Positions 1-10,650 are shown, counted from the first letter of the stretch. The stretch is DNA of 64,000 bases from Alkaliphilus flagellatus (GCF_018919215.1 NZ_JAHLQK010000001.1:92430-156429), one strand, 5' to 3'. Made by a program: numbers and translations. Notes: generated by a model from the letters alone, not told the origin.

Positions 1-393
1 GTAGGACCTGCTACTGGAGGAATTATTATGGCCTATGAAATAGCTAGACAGCTGGAAACCCCAACTATGTTTACAGAAAGAGAAAATGGAAAGATGGTTT
101 TACGAAGGGATTTTGCTATACCTAAGGGAGCGAAGGTTTTAGTTGCGGAAGATGTAATTACAACAGGTGGCTCTGTAAAGGAAGTTATAGAGCTAGTAAA
201 AGAGGCAGGAGGAGAACTAGTAGGGGTTGCAGTTTTGGTAGATAGGAGTAATGGTAAAATTGATTTTGGAACTAAGCTAAGGGCAGGTTTAAATTTGGAG
301 GTTTTATCATACGGTGCTGAAGAATGCCCTATCTGTAAAGAAGGAAATATCCCTCTTGTAAAACCAGGTAGTAGGGGAATTAAAAAGGATTAA
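1..393 (+). CDS. pyrE: orotate phosphoribosyltransferase, C-terminal part (5' end lies outside the window)
   Basis: The frame is open from base 1 (VGPATGGII-MAYEIARQ...). It carries the type-I PRTase PRPP-binding motif VLVAEDVITTGGS. The EECPICKEGNIPLVKPGSRG tail matches what I recall of clostridial PyrE. Confidence 0.5.
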   Translation, partial: VGPATGGIIMAYEIARQLETPTMFTERENGKMVLRRDFAIPKGAKVLVAEDVITTGGSVKEVIELVKEAGGELVGVAVLVDRSNGKIDFGTKLRAGLNLEVLSYGAEECPICKEGNIPLVKPGSRGIKKD

Positions 394-436
394 TTATAAT
401 GGGGATGGTTAAATAATCCCCATTATAATTTTTTGT
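393..436 (+). terminator. rho-independent terminator
   Basis: A 13-bp stem ATTATAATGGGGA/TCCCCATTATAAT is followed by TTTTTT. Confidence 0.7.
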
Positions 437-494
437 TGTTAAGTAAGTATTAATAGTATAAAATTGTATTAAATTGTAAGGGGAGGAAAAGGGG

Positions 495-938
495 ATGAAT
501 AGGCTGTTAGAAAAAATAGAAAATCTATTTGTTATTAATAGAAAAGAAACAACCTATACAAGGGGATTTATATCCTTTATTATAGTATTAGCTGGCGTAG
601 CAGTTTTACCTACTTATTTTAAATATGAAGATTATGTTTATGCAAAATATAAAAAAGAATATGATTCTGTAGTAGAAATAGTTGAACAATACAATAAGGA
701 ATATGGTAGATATCCTTTAGGAGAGTCAATTAATTGGACTAAGGAGAAAAATTTAAATTTATTTTTTACAGAAAATAAATTTAGTAGAAACCGTGAATTG
801 TATTATATAGATATAAAATTATTAGATGAATTAAAAAACAATAAATATACTTATATTATTGATGGGCAAGGGGGTAAGCTATATACAAGGGAATTTGTAG
901 TTTATAAAAATCGTCGATGGCATTTTGCATTTTACTAA
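495..938 (+). CDS. hypothetical protein with one N-terminal TM segment
   Basis: 147-aa ORF with a hydrophobic stretch FISFIIVLAGVAVL and K/Y-rich composition. I recognise no motif. Confidence 0.4.
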   Translation: MNRLLEKIENLFVINRKETTYTRGFISFIIVLAGVAVLPTYFKYEDYVYAKYKKEYDSVVEIVEQYNKEYGRYPLGESINWTKEKNLNLFFTENKFSRNRELYYIDIKLLDELKNNKYTYIIDGQGGKLYTREFVVYKNRRWHFAFY

Positions 939-1003
939 ATTAATAAAGATCTTATACTTTCAAGGCTAGATTAAATATAAGACATAAAAAGGGTGATTGG
1001 AGT

Positions 1004-1903
1004 ATGGATATATATTATATTGATAGGAAAACAGGAGAAAGAAAAAAGGAAGTTGTAGCAGGTGATAGATTTTTAAGATGGATGTATAATACCTATTCTG
1101 GAAATTCTATACTACAGTTAATTGTAAAAAAGAAGTTATTTTCATCTTTATATGGTAAAATTCAGGATATAGCTTTTAGCAAAAATAAAATTTCATCTTT
1201 TGTTAACCAATTAAATATTCAAATGGATGAGGCTGAAATAGAAGATATATTAAAATATAAAAACTTTAATGATTTTTTCGCTCGTAGACTTAAAAAAGAT
1301 GCAAGGCCTATTTGCAATGAAGCAGGTAGTTTAGTCTCTCCCGCCGATGGCAGGGTTTTAGCCTATGAAAATATTAAGATGGATGAAATAATTCAGGTTA
1401 AGGGTTCTATATATAGATTAGAAGAGCTTTTTCAAGATACTAAGTTAGCTCAGCAGTATGATGGAGGTACATGTGTTGTTGTAAGACTATGTCCTTCAGA
1501 TTATCATAGGTTTCATTTTCCAGACAGTGGAGTATCTTATTACAGTAAAAAGATAGATGGTAATTATTATTCTGTTAATCCTATAGCCTTAAGTAAGATA
1601 GCTAAAATTTATTGTGAAAACAAAAGAGAGATTACCTTATTTAACTCAGATAATTTTGGACAAATGGTACTTATTGAAGTAGGTGCTACATGTGTAGGGT
1701 CTATCATTCAAACCTATGAAGAAGGCAAGAAGGTTGAAAAAGGAGAAGAGAAGGGCTACTTTAAGTTTGGAGGTTCCACAGTCATTATGTTTTTACAGAA
1801 AGATAGTGTAAAAATTGATGATGATATTATTAAAAATACAAATGATGAAATAGAGACTAAGGTGGATATGGGAGATAGGATAGGAAAGATTTATTTGACA
1901 TAA
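1004..1903 (+). CDS. psd: phosphatidylserine decarboxylase proenzyme
   Basis: The [12 protein letters not shown]-terminus is characteristic. FKFGGSTV is the GST self-cleavage (pyruvoyl-forming) motif near the C-terminus. A length of 299 aa is typical. Confidence 0.8.
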   Translation: MDIYYIDRKTGERKKEVVAGDRFLRWMYNTYSGNSILQLIVKKKLFSSLYGKIQDIAFSKNKISSFVNQLNIQMDEAEIEDILKYKNFNDFFARRLKKDARPICNEAGSLVSPADGRVLAYENIKMDEIIQVKGSIYRLEELFQDTKLAQQYDGGTCVVVRLCPSDYHRFHFPDSGVSYYSKKIDGNYYSVNPIALSKIAKIYCENKREITLFNSDNFGQMVLIEVGATCVGSIIQTYEEGKKVEKGEEKGYFKFGGSTVIMFLQKDSVKIDDDIIKNTNDEIETKVDMGDRIGKIYLT

Positions 1904-1906
1904 ATT

Positions 1907-1936
1907 ATAATGGCTGACTTAGCCATTATTTTTTTG
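1907..1936 (+). terminator. rho-independent terminator
   Basis: Stem ATAATGGCT/AGCCATTAT followed by a T-tract. Confidence 0.6.
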
Positions 1937-2026
1937 TTGAAAATTAGAGTCAGATGAATAGTTTTTGTCGAAAAATGAAGGTTAGTATGCGATTATGAAA
2001 AAAATTATCAATTTTACAAATAAAGT

Positions 2027-2055
2027 TTGAAATATATTTTCAAGGGTATTATAAT
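2027..2055 (+). promoter_or_regulatory. sigma-A promoter TTGAAA-17-TATAAT with an overlapping palindrome TTGAAAtatatTTTCAA (candidate MurR operator)
   Basis: Perfect 17-nt spacing about 45 nt upstream of the murQ ATG. The 6-5-6 palindrome spans the -35 element and spacer. Confidence 0.5.
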
Positions 2056-2099
2056 ATTAATATGCAAAGAAACTAAATTTTTAGAATAGAGGATGAAAT

Positions 2100-3002
2100 A
2101 TGGAACTCAATTTATCAAAATTAATAACTGAGGGTAGAAACCCTAATACTATGAATATTGATTGTGTGTCCACAGATGAAATGATTAAGATGATTAATGA
2201 GGAAGACAAAAAGGTAGCATTAGCTGTAGAAAATGAAATTTCGAATATTGCAAGGGCAGTAGATGCAATTGCAGAAAAGCTAAGGGAAGGCGGAAGACTG
2301 ATTTATATGGGGGCAGGCACCAGTGGAAGAATTGGAATTTTAGATGCATCTGAGTGTCCGCCAACCTATGGAACAGATCCTTCTATGGTGCAAGGATTAA
2401 TTGCTGGAGGACAAAGCGCTATACTAAAGGCAGTAGAAGGAGCAGAGGATGATGGGCCAAGGGGAGTACAAGATTTAAAAGATATTAATTTTAATATTAA
2501 AGATGTGGTTGTCGGTATTGCTGCTAGTGGAAGAACTCCTTACGTTGTATCTGCTTTAGAATATGCTAATGATATGGGCGCAATTACAATTGGAGTAAGC
2601 TGTAATCCGAATTCAGACTTAGCAGAGGCTTCACAAATTTCTATAGCACCAATTGTTGGTCCAGAGGTAGTAACAGGTTCCACACGAATGAAAGCAGCTA
2701 CAGCGCAAAAAATGGTATTAAATATGTTATCTACAGGTGTCATGATTAAATTAGGTAAAGTATATCAAAACCTGATGGTAGATATGCAGGCATCAAATTT
2801 AAAATTAGTTGAACGAGCTATTCGAATTGTAATACAAGCAACTGATATATCTAGAAAAGAAGCAGAAGAAGTATTAAAAGAGACTGAGTATGATGTGAAG
2901 TTGGCAATACTTATGATTGAATCTAAACTTTCAAAGGAAGATGCAAGAAAGCTTTTAGATGTAAATCATGGATATATTAGAAAGGCTTTAACAAATATAT
3001 AA
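2100..3002 (+). CDS. murQ: N-acetylmuramic acid 6-phosphate etherase
   Basis: Carries the N-terminal signature [26 protein letters not shown] and a SIS domain. 300 aa. Confidence 0.85.
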   Translation: MELNLSKLITEGRNPNTMNIDCVSTDEMIKMINEEDKKVALAVENEISNIARAVDAIAEKLREGGRLIYMGAGTSGRIGILDASECPPTYGTDPSMVQGLIAGGQSAILKAVEGAEDDGPRGVQDLKDINFNIKDVVVGIAASGRTPYVVSALEYANDMGAITIGVSCNPNSDLAEASQISIAPIVGPEVVTGSTRMKAATAQKMVLNMLSTGVMIKLGKVYQNLMVDMQASNLKLVERAIRIVIQATDISRKEAEEVLKETEYDVKLAILMIESKLSKEDARKLLDVNHGYIRKALTNI

Positions 3003-3018
3003 AGAGGGGAGAATTTAT

Positions 3019-4377
3019 ATGAGTAGTAAAGCTCCAAACAAAATCGATAATCTTTCTAGAAGTATTATCAATGAAGTAGGTGGAAGTAGTAACATTAAAA
3101 CCGCAGTAAATTGTATGACAAGATTGAGATTAACCTTAAAGGATGAAAGTAAGGTTAATCTGGATGCTCTAAAAGCTGTGGAAGGTGTTATGGGGGTAGT
3201 AAAATCTGATGGACAACTACAAGTAATTGTAGGTCCAGGAACAGCAACTAAAGTTGCTGAAGAAGTAAGAAAAATTGCTGGTGTATCAGAAAACATCAAG
3301 TTTGGCGAAGCTGACAAAGTAAAGAGTGAAATGAAATCTAAATATGGAAGTTCATTAAGTGGACCATTAAAGAAGATTTCTAATATTTTTATTCCTCTTA
3401 TTCCTGCTTTTATAGGCTCTGGTTTAATTATGGGTATTAATAACCTAATTACAAAGTGGGAATGGGTACAACCAGGAACATTAACTGCTTTATTAGGCAT
3501 ATTTGGTAATGCAGTATTTGCTTATATGGCTATAATGGTTGGTATGAATGCTGCAAAAGAATTTGGTGGTTCTTCAGCTCTAGGTGGAGTTATGGCTGGT
3601 ATTCTTCTTGCACCAGGCTTAGCAGATGTTGAACTTTTTGGTAAGGCCCTAGTACCAGGTAGAGGTGGAATAATTGCAGTTTTATTAGTAGTGGCATTTT
3701 CATCTTTTATAGAAAAGAAATTAAGAAAATCTATACCGGAATCATTAGAATTAATATTTACACCTCTTTTAACTATACTAATTTCTGGTTTTGTTGCAAT
3801 GATAGTACTCCAACCTTTAGGAGGAATGATTTCAGATGGTATAGGTAATATTGTTACAAGTGCCATAGAAACAGGTGGACCTGTTGTTGGAGCTCTTTTA
3901 GCTGGTACTTTCTTACCACTTGTAATGACAGGACTACACCAAGGATTAACACCAATACATGCAGATTTGATTACTAAGCTTGGTGTAAACACACTTCTTC
4001 CTATATTAGCTATGGCAGGGGCAGGTCAAGTAGGAGCAGCTTTTGCAGTATATATGAAAACTAAAAATGAGAGATTAAAGAGAACAGTAAAAAGTGCTTT
4101 ACCTGTTGGTATTTTAGGAATAGGAGAACCTTTAATATATGGTGTTACTTTACCTTTAGGAAGACCCTTCCTTGGAGCTTGTATAGGAGCCGCATTTGGT
4201 GGAGCATTTAATGCAATGTTTAAAGTTGGATCTATTAGTATGGGATTATCAGGTCTTCCTTTAGCAACTTTAATAACTCCGAATAAAATTGTATTCTATC
4301 TTCTAGGTGTTGTAATAGCTTATGTAGCAGGATTTATTGCAACTTCTTTATTAGGCTTTGAAGATCCAGTTGAATAA
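3019..4377 (+). CDS. murP: PTS EIIBC component, MurNAc-specific (MurP-like)
   Basis: N-terminal EIIB with the CMTRLR phosphocysteine motif, followed by a polytopic glucose-family EIIC domain. It overlaps the murQ context. Confidence 0.75.
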   Translation: MSSKAPNKIDNLSRSIINEVGGSSNIKTAVNCMTRLRLTLKDESKVNLDALKAVEGVMGVVKSDGQLQVIVGPGTATKVAEEVRKIAGVSENIKFGEADKVKSEMKSKYGSSLSGPLKKISNIFIPLIPAFIGSGLIMGINNLITKWEWVQPGTLTALLGIFGNAVFAYMAIMVGMNAAKEFGGSSALGGVMAGILLAPGLADVELFGKALVPGRGGIIAVLLVVAFSSFIEKKLRKSIPESLELIFTPLLTILISGFVAMIVLQPLGGMISDGIGNIVTSAIETGGPVVGALLAGTFLPLVMTGLHQGLTPIHADLITKLGVNTLLPILAMAGAGQVGAAFAVYMKTKNERLKRTVKSALPVGILGIGEPLIYGVTLPLGRPFLGACIGAAFGGAFNAMFKVGSISMGLSGLPLATLITPNKIVFYLLGVVIAYVAGFIATSLLGFEDPVE

Positions 4378-4412
4378 ATTTTAAAATATAAATTTAAATA
4401 ATTATTAAAAAT

Positions 4413-4452
4413 AATACAGAATGAGAAATCAAATCTCTTCTGTATTATTTTA
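4413..4452 (+). terminator. rho-independent terminator or attenuator between murP and mupG
   Basis: Stem AATACAGAA/TTCTGTATT followed by ATTTT. Confidence 0.5.
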
Positions 4453-4491
4453 TAATATAATAAAATCAAATTTCAAGGAGGTTTACTAATT

Positions 4492-5532
4492 ATGATAGGA
4501 ATTTCACTTTATAATGGAATGAACTCTACATTGGAAGAAAACTTAAAATATATGGAATTGGCTAGTAGCTATGGAATTAAAAAAGTATTTACATCCTTTC
4601 ATATTCCAGAATCTAATAATAATGTATATGAAGAATTTAATGAGATACTAAATAAGTCCAAAGAACTAGGAATGGAGCTAATAATTGATATATCTAAGAG
4701 TTATATGGATAAAATAGATATAGAAAAATACTCTATACATGCTCTAAGACTAGATTTCGGATTTAATATTGAAGAAGTAGCTAATCTTTCAAATACACTT
4801 CCATTTAAAGTACAGCTTAATGCTAGCACTGTTTCAGAAGATTATTTAAATCAATTAATAAAGCTTAAGGCTAATCTTAAAAATATGGAGGTTTGCCACA
4901 ATTATTACCCTAGAAGAGATACTGGTATTTCTTATGAACTAATGCTTGATCGTAATAGAGTATTTAAATCTCATGGCATGAATGTAATGGCCTTTATTCC
5001 ATCTCAAGTAGGAAAAAGAGGCCCTATCTATGAAGGACTACCGACTATAGAATCCCATAGAGATATTGATCCTATCATATCGGCTCAACATTTATTGAAA
5101 GGATATGTAGATGAGGTTTTAATAGGTGATCCATTTGCATCTAAAGAAGAGTTAGAGAGATTATCTAAAATTAAAAGTGATATAATAACTCTACCAATAA
5201 GACTATTTGGAAAATTATCATCATCAGAAGAAGAAATATTAACAGGTATTCATACTAATAGAATGGACCCTGGCGAATTTGTTATCCGTTCTCAAGAAGC
5301 TAGAATTAAGAAAAAGTCTGCAATTGATCCAAGAAATACAATGGAGAGAGAGAAATATTGTGTTACTATAGATAATAAAGATTATTTAAGATATGAAGGA
5401 GAATTGCAAATTTTGAAGAAAGATATGAAAAGAGATGAAAGAATAAATGTTGTAGGTGATTGTAAGAATGCAGGACTACTCATTGATTTAATTAAGCCAG
5501 GGGATAGCTTTGAATTCACAATCATAGAGTAA
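4492..5532 (+). CDS. mupG: DUF871 family protein, MupG-like 6-phospho-N-acetylmuramidase
   Basis: The N-terminus MIGISLYNG...FTSFHIPE is typical of the DUF871 outer-membrane-less MupG family. It sits in a murQ/murP operon, as in the S. aureus mupG-murP-murQ-murR locus. Confidence 0.55.
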   Translation: MIGISLYNGMNSTLEENLKYMELASSYGIKKVFTSFHIPESNNNVYEEFNEILNKSKELGMELIIDISKSYMDKIDIEKYSIHALRLDFGFNIEEVANLSNTLPFKVQLNASTVSEDYLNQLIKLKANLKNMEVCHNYYPRRDTGISYELMLDRNRVFKSHGMNVMAFIPSQVGKRGPIYEGLPTIESHRDIDPIISAQHLLKGYVDEVLIGDPFASKEELERLSKIKSDIITLPIRLFGKLSSSEEEILTGIHTNRMDPGEFVIRSQEARIKKKSAIDPRNTMEREKYCVTIDNKDYLRYEGELQILKKDMKRDERINVVGDCKNAGLLIDLIKPGDSFEFTIIE

Positions 5533-5553
5533 CAGTAGAACGGAGTTGATAGA

Positions 5554-6405
5554 TTGAGCTCTATATTAAAAATGAGGGAAATATTTAATGAATTAACACC
5601 ATCAGAGAAAAAAATTGCTGATTATATATTCAACAATAGTGAAAATGTTTCAAAATTATCTACTGGAGAATTAGCGGAGGTATCAAACACTAGTGCTGCT
5701 AGTATTACTAGGTTTGCTCGAAAGCTAGGGTTTGATGGTTTTCAAGAGCTAAAAATAGATATAGCAAAGTCTGTAGCCATAAATGAAAATGCTGGAGATG
5801 ATAGTGTATACGAGGCAGTAAGGGTTCATGATAATACTAGAGAAATAATACAAAAAATTGCACTAGGTAATATAAAGGCAATAGAAGAAACTGTAAGTGT
5901 AATAGATGAGGAAGCAATTTTCCAATCTATTAAAGCTATAAATATGGCTAAAAAAATAAATATATATGGAGTAGGTGCATCAGGACTAGTAGGTTTAGAT
6001 TTACAATACAAACTTATGAGAATTAATAAACAGGCAAATATGTTTTTAGACAGTCATACACAATTGGCATCAGCTATTCATATAAAAAAAGGTGATGTTG
6101 CTATTGGTATTTCTCATAGCGGAAGAACATTAGAAGTATATAAGGCATTAGAGGCAGCAAAAAAACAAGGTGCAATAACTATTTCTATTACTAAATACGG
6201 TAAACATCCTATTAGTGACTTGGCAGATATTAATATATATACTGCCAGTGTAGAAAAACATTTACGAACTGGTGCAATTGCTTCTAGAATTGCCCAGCTA
6301 ACAGTAGTAGATATATTATTTATAGGTGTTGCTAAGGATAATTTTGGGGAAATTACAAAATATCTACAACATACCCGTGAAATTGTGGATGATCTTAAAT
6401 TATAG
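5554..6405 (+). CDS. murR: RpiR/MurR family transcriptional regulator (HTH_6 + SIS)
   Basis: N-terminal HTH (SEKKIADYIFNN...LSTGELAEVSNTSAASITRFARKLGF) and a C-terminal SIS domain. TTG start with a GGAG RBS. Confidence 0.75.
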   Translation: MSSILKMREIFNELTPSEKKIADYIFNNSENVSKLSTGELAEVSNTSAASITRFARKLGFDGFQELKIDIAKSVAINENAGDDSVYEAVRVHDNTREIIQKIALGNIKAIEETVSVIDEEAIFQSIKAINMAKKINIYGVGASGLVGLDLQYKLMRINKQANMFLDSHTQLASAIHIKKGDVAIGISHSGRTLEVYKALEAAKKQGAITISITKYGKHPISDLADINIYTASVEKHLRTGAIASRIAQLTVVDILFIGVAKDNFGEITKYLQHTREIVDDLKL

Positions 6406-6458
6406 AAGAAAATTATGTGGATAAATTATTTGTAATATAAAATAAGTAGGTGATTTAT

Positions 6459-7601
6459 ATGAAAGCATTGCACAATGGAAAGCTAATATTAGGTGATAGT
6501 ATTGATGAAGGAAAGATTTTATTATTTAATAATAAAATAGTAGAAATAATAGATGAAAGTCAACTAGTTAATCACACTAACTTAGAATTGATTGATGCAA
6601 AGGGAAATTACATCTCACCGGGGTTTATTGATATTCATATACATGGCTCTGGTGGATGCGATACTATGGATGGAAATATAGATGCCCTTAATATAATAAG
6701 TAAAACTATTATTAAGAATGGAACAACCGCTTTTTTACCTACAACCATGACTATGGATATAGAAGATATTCATAATGCTTTGGATGTAATTAGACAAGGA
6801 ATGAATATAGATATGGAAGGAGCACAGGTTTTAGGTGCTCATATGGAAGGACCATTTATTAATGCAAAGTTTAAAGGAGCACAAAATGAAACCTATGTAT
6901 TGTTACCCCATATTAAGTATTTAGAAGACTATTTAGATGTTATAAAAATTATTACAATGGCTCCTGAGGTTGAAGGTGGAATAGATTTCATAGATAGAGT
7001 ACTAGAGATGAAAGAAATTGTTTTATCCATTGGGCATACTAATGCTAGTTATGAAGAAGCAATGGAAGCCATAAAGAGAGGAATACGCCATGCTACTCAT
7101 ACCTTTAATGCAATGACTCCATTGCATCACAGAAATCCAGGAGTTGTTGGAGCAATATTCAATAGCAATATTACTTGTGAATTGATTGCTGATAAAATTC
7201 ATATTCATCCCGAATTGTTTAAGCTTCTAATGAATATAAAGGGTAAGGATAAACTGATTTTAATTACAGATGCTATGAGGGCAGGTTGTATGAAGGATGG
7301 AGAGTATGATTTGGGTGGACAAAAAGTTGTTGTTAATGGTGGCAGTGCAAGGCTTGAAAATGGCAGTTTAGCAGGGAGTATTTTAACAATAAATAAGGCT
7401 ATTAAAAACTTTAAAGAGGCTACTGGATTACCTTTAAATGAAGTTATACAGTTATCAACCCTAAATCCAGCTAAACTATTAAGTGTAGATAATGTTAAAG
7501 GAAGCTTAGATATAGGAAAAGATGCTGATATTATTGTATTTGATGAAAATATAGAAATACAAAAAGCATATGTACAAGGAGAAGAAAAATATAATAGTTA
7601 A
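6459..7601 (+). CDS. nagA: N-acetylglucosamine-6-phosphate deacetylase
   Basis: DIHIHGSGGCD metal-binding motif with amidohydrolase fold. The ATG at 6459 follows an AGTAGGTGA RBS, whereas the ORF-track GTG start at 6450 lies inside that RBS. Confidence 0.85.
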   Translation: MKALHNGKLILGDSIDEGKILLFNNKIVEIIDESQLVNHTNLELIDAKGNYISPGFIDIHIHGSGGCDTMDGNIDALNIISKTIIKNGTTAFLPTTMTMDIEDIHNALDVIRQGMNIDMEGAQVLGAHMEGPFINAKFKGAQNETYVLLPHIKYLEDYLDVIKIITMAPEVEGGIDFIDRVLEMKEIVLSIGHTNASYEEAMEAIKRGIRHATHTFNAMTPLHHRNPGVVGAIFNSNITCELIADKIHIHPELFKLLMNIKGKDKLILITDAMRAGCMKDGEYDLGGQKVVVNGGSARLENGSLAGSILTINKAIKNFKEATGLPLNEVIQLSTLNPAKLLSVDNVKGSLDIGKDADIIVFDENIEIQKAYVQGEEKYNS

Positions 7602-7707
7602 TATTTAAAATGTTTTTGTCCACTTTTAATTTCATGTTATAATTAAAGTGATTTAAATAAAATTTGCAAGAAGAATAAAGTTTAATAAGAAAGAAGGGAG
7701 TATTTCA

Positions 7708-8436
7708 GTGAAGATTTATATAGAAGAAAACTATGAAAAGGTCAGTAAGAGAGCGGCCTTAATTATGGCTAGTCAAGTTGTTTTGAAACCAGACAGTGTT
7801 CTAGGTTTAGCCACAGGTAGTACTCCAATAGGAATGTATGAAGAATTAATAGCTATGTATAAAAGAGGAGAAATAGATTTTTCTAATGTGACTACATTTA
7901 ATTTAGATGAATATTACAAACTTCCAATAGAAAATGAAAATAGCTACTATTCATTTATGATGAATACACTATTTAATCATATTAATGTAAAGAAGGAAAA
8001 TATCCATCTGCCTAATGGAATGACTGAAAGTGTAGAAGAAGAATGTAAAAATTATGAGGAAAAGATTAAAAAAGCAGGCGGTATTGATATGCAGCTACTA
8101 GGTATAGGTGGAAATGCACATATAGGCTTTAATGAGCCTGCAGATAAGTTAAGTGTAGATACTAATATAGTTGATTTAACACAAAAAACTATTAAAGATA
8201 ATAGTAGATTTTTTGATAATGAAGAAGATGTACCTAAAAAAGCTATTTCTATGGGGATTGGTTCAATAATGAAAGCTAAAAAGATAATACTATTAGCCAG
8301 TGGAGAAGGCAAAGCTGAAGCCATTAGAGATATGACTAATGGATACATTAATACTCAAGTACCAGCTTCTATTTTACAGGCTCATCCAGATTTTACTTTA
8401 ATTATTGACAAGGATGCGGCAAAGTTAATTAAATGA
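7708..8436 (+). CDS. nagB: glucosamine-6-phosphate deaminase
   Basis: MKIYIEENYEKVSKRAA...GLATGSTP is the classic NagB N-terminus. 242 aa. Confidence 0.85.
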   Translation: MKIYIEENYEKVSKRAALIMASQVVLKPDSVLGLATGSTPIGMYEELIAMYKRGEIDFSNVTTFNLDEYYKLPIENENSYYSFMMNTLFNHINVKKENIHLPNGMTESVEEECKNYEEKIKKAGGIDMQLLGIGGNAHIGFNEPADKLSVDTNIVDLTQKTIKDNSRFFDNEEDVPKKAISMGIGSIMKAKKIILLASGEGKAEAIRDMTNGYINTQVPASILQAHPDFTLIIDKDAAKLIK

Positions 8437-8438
8437 GA

Positions 8439-8482
8439 AAAAACCTTCCTATCAACTTTAAACTAATAGGAAGGTTTTTTAT
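8439..8482. terminator. bidirectional rho-independent terminator (nagB / rubrerythrin)
   Basis: Stem AAACCTTCCTAT/ATAGGAAGGTTT followed by TTTTT. Confidence 0.7.
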
Positions 8483-8506
8483 GTATTAATATGTTAGTAA
8501 TTTATA

Positions 8507-9079
8507 TTAAGCTTCTGCACAGACAGCTTCAGTTACGAATGTTTTAAACATATTAACTCCTACTTTACATACAGGACATGAATCAGTTAAGTCACCTGCT
8601 AATGTATGACCACAAACATTACATACATGAACTGTATCTTGATCATAATCTACTCCACTATCTACAGCAGCTTTAGCAGCTGAGAATAATGTAATATGAG
8701 TTTTTTCAGCTTCAATAGCATATTTAAATGAACGTAAGCTTCCTTTTTCACCTTGTAGTTCTGCAACAGCCATAAAAGCTGGATACATTTGTTCTACTTC
8801 ATGTTTTTCACCATTAATAGCACCTTGAAGGTTTTCGGATGTAGTTGTTAATCCAAAACCTGCACCAGCAGTAACATCTGCATCTCCTACTTGATCTTTA
8901 AGTTCTCTAAAGTGGTTATGAGCATGTACTTGCTCAGCATAGGCAGTAGCTATAAATAAGTTTCCTACATTTGGAAAGCCTTCTTTTTTAGCAAATTCTC
9001 CCCATACTAAATAGCGCATATGCGCCATGCTTTCTCCCCCGAAAGCAGATTTTAAGTTTGATGATGTCATTGCGTTCAT
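8507..9079 (-). CDS. rbr: rubrerythrin
   Basis: Ferritin-like diiron domain with ExxH motifs (AEQVHAHNHF, EAEKTHITLF) plus a C-terminal rubredoxin-like CNVCGHT...CPVCK. Confidence 0.85.
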   Translation of the reverse strand: MNAMTSSNLKSAFGGESMAHMRYLVWGEFAKKEGFPNVGNLFIATAYAEQVHAHNHFRELKDQVGDADVTAGAGFGLTTTSENLQGAINGEKHEVEQMYPAFMAVAELQGEKGSLRSFKYAIEAEKTHITLFSAAKAAVDSGVDYDQDTVHVCNVCGHTLAGDLTDSCPVCKVGVNMFKTFVTEAVCAEA

Positions 9080-9294
9080 ATAATCTCCTCCTAAAATAAA
9101 TTTACATATATTTTTCTTATATGTCCATAAACATATCTACCCTAATTAATATTTATTAATCAAATAAATTATTACTATTAACATCGTTTACTTAAACTTC
9201 CAAATATCAAAGTACTTAGGGCAGGAGTTAGGCATATTATATAGAATAAATATAGTATTAATACTGAATAATTTGTTTTGGGGAGGATAGAAGT

Positions 9295-9666
9295 ATGGAT
9301 AGCCAAAAAAATAATTTAAAGGAAGCAATCGTATTTCTATTTCAAGAAATTTTAGTAGCTGTAAAACAGGGTATTATAGGTGTATTAGTAGGTACTGGAA
9401 TTGGAATCATCATTAGCTTAACAAAACATACAGAAATTATTTCAAGTATTAATCGATGGCTATATATTACAGGTGTAGCTCTAATGGTTTTGGCAATTTT
9501 TCCAAGTAGTAATTTAGACTATGCATATTATTCGTATGAACAGTCAAAAGCGGCTGCTAATAGAAGATCGGAAAGATATGATAGTATATTAAAGAATTTT
9601 ATTAGAGCTGCTACAGTATTAATATTAGCAGTGATTTTAGAAAAGATAAGACGTAATTTATTATAG
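9295..9666 (+). CDS. hypothetical membrane protein
   Basis: 123 aa with 2-3 predicted TM helices. The downstream ORF is coupled by a 9-nt gap. Confidence 0.4.
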   Translation: MDSQKNNLKEAIVFLFQEILVAVKQGIIGVLVGTGIGIIISLTKHTEIISSINRWLYITGVALMVLAIFPSSNLDYAYYSYEQSKAAANRRSERYDSILKNFIRAATVLILAVILEKIRRNLL

Positions 9667-9675
9667 GAGGTAAAT

Positions 9676-10650
9676 ATGAGTATAAAACAATTAAAGGATA
9701 TTAATAAAAATTATATAAGTCAAACCTTTGAAGCTACAGTTCTAATGAGTGACATAAAGGTTAAAGCATCAAAAAATGGAAAGCGGTATGCTGACGTTAT
9801 AATACAGGATTCTTCTAAAGCTATGGAAGTAAAATATTGGGATTATGAAGAAAATGAAGAGTTTATAAATTCACTATCTCCAGAAAATGCTATCAACATA
9901 AAAGCTGTTGTAGGAGAGTATCAAGGTCAAATTCAAATTACTATTAAACAGATTGAAAAGGCTAATATGGATAATGTAAATATAGGGGACCTTATTCCAA
10001 CTAGTAATTGGGGAATAGATAGTATGAAAAATGGACTGGACTTTTTTTATGAAAAAGTAAAGAGTTCTCATATGAAGAAGTTAATTGACAGAATGATTTT
10101 CTCTAATGACTATTTTAAAAAGTTTTCCACCCATCCTGCCGCGAGGCAAGTTCATCATAATTTTTATCATGGACTACTTCAACATACTCTAGAAGTATTA
10201 AAGTTTGGTTATACAGTGGCTACTACTAAAAAACTTTCTGAAAGACAAATAGAACGCTTAATTGTTATGACTATGCTTCATGACTGGGCAAAGATTATAG
10301 AGTATAAAGCACTTCCAAGTGTTGGCTTTACAGAAGAAGGCACTATGCTAGGTCATATATTTTTAGGTGCTCATACTACTCTAAATGTTATAAATGAAAT
10401 AGAAGATTTCGATCAAGATGATAAGCTTATTATTTTAAATGGTATTTTATCACATCATGGACACTTGGAGTTTGGGTCACCAGTACTGCCTAAAACAGTA
10501 GAGGCTCAAATTCTACACCAAGCAGATAAAATGTCAGGAGATATTGAAAGTATAATGTCATTTATGGCAGATCAAGAAAACGAAGAGGATACATTTACAA
10601 CTAAGCTATGGAATATGGGAACGGATTATTATAAAAAAGGTATAAATTAG
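9676..10650 (+). CDS. yhaM: OB-fold + HD-domain 3'-5' exoribonuclease, YhaM-like
   Basis: N-terminal OB-fold region followed by an HD motif (HGLLQHTLEV...HD...LSHHGHLEFGSP). The 324-aa length fits YhaM. Confidence 0.6.
   Translation: MSIKQLKDINKNYISQTFEATVLMSDIKVKASKNGKRYADVIIQDSSKAMEVKYWDYEENEEFINSLSPENAINIKAVVGEYQGQIQITIKQIEKANMDNVNIGDLIPTSNWGIDSMKNGLDFFYEKVKSSHMKKLIDRMIFSNDYFKKFSTHPAARQVHHNFYHGLLQHTLEVLKFGYTVATTKKLSERQIERLIVMTMLHDWAKIIEYKALPSVGFTEEGTMLGHIFLGAHTTLNVINEIEDFDQDDKLIILNGILSHHGHLEFGSPVLPKTVEAQILHQADKMSGDIESIMSFMADQENEEDTFTTKLWNMGTDYYKKGIN

Noticed and set aside
2540-4000. Antisense ORFs from the track (2540-2743, 3015-3500, 3522-3992, all minus strand) lying inside murQ and murP
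   Set aside because: They are fully embedded in well-supported genes on the opposite strand. Their translations are low-complexity (P/S/I-rich) with no RBS. This is the usual artefact of AT-rich DNA.
5826-8348. Short antisense ORFs inside murR, nagA and nagB (5826-6011, 7023-7208, 8052-8348)
   Set aside because: Same reasoning: they are embedded antisense to conserved enzymes and have no motifs.
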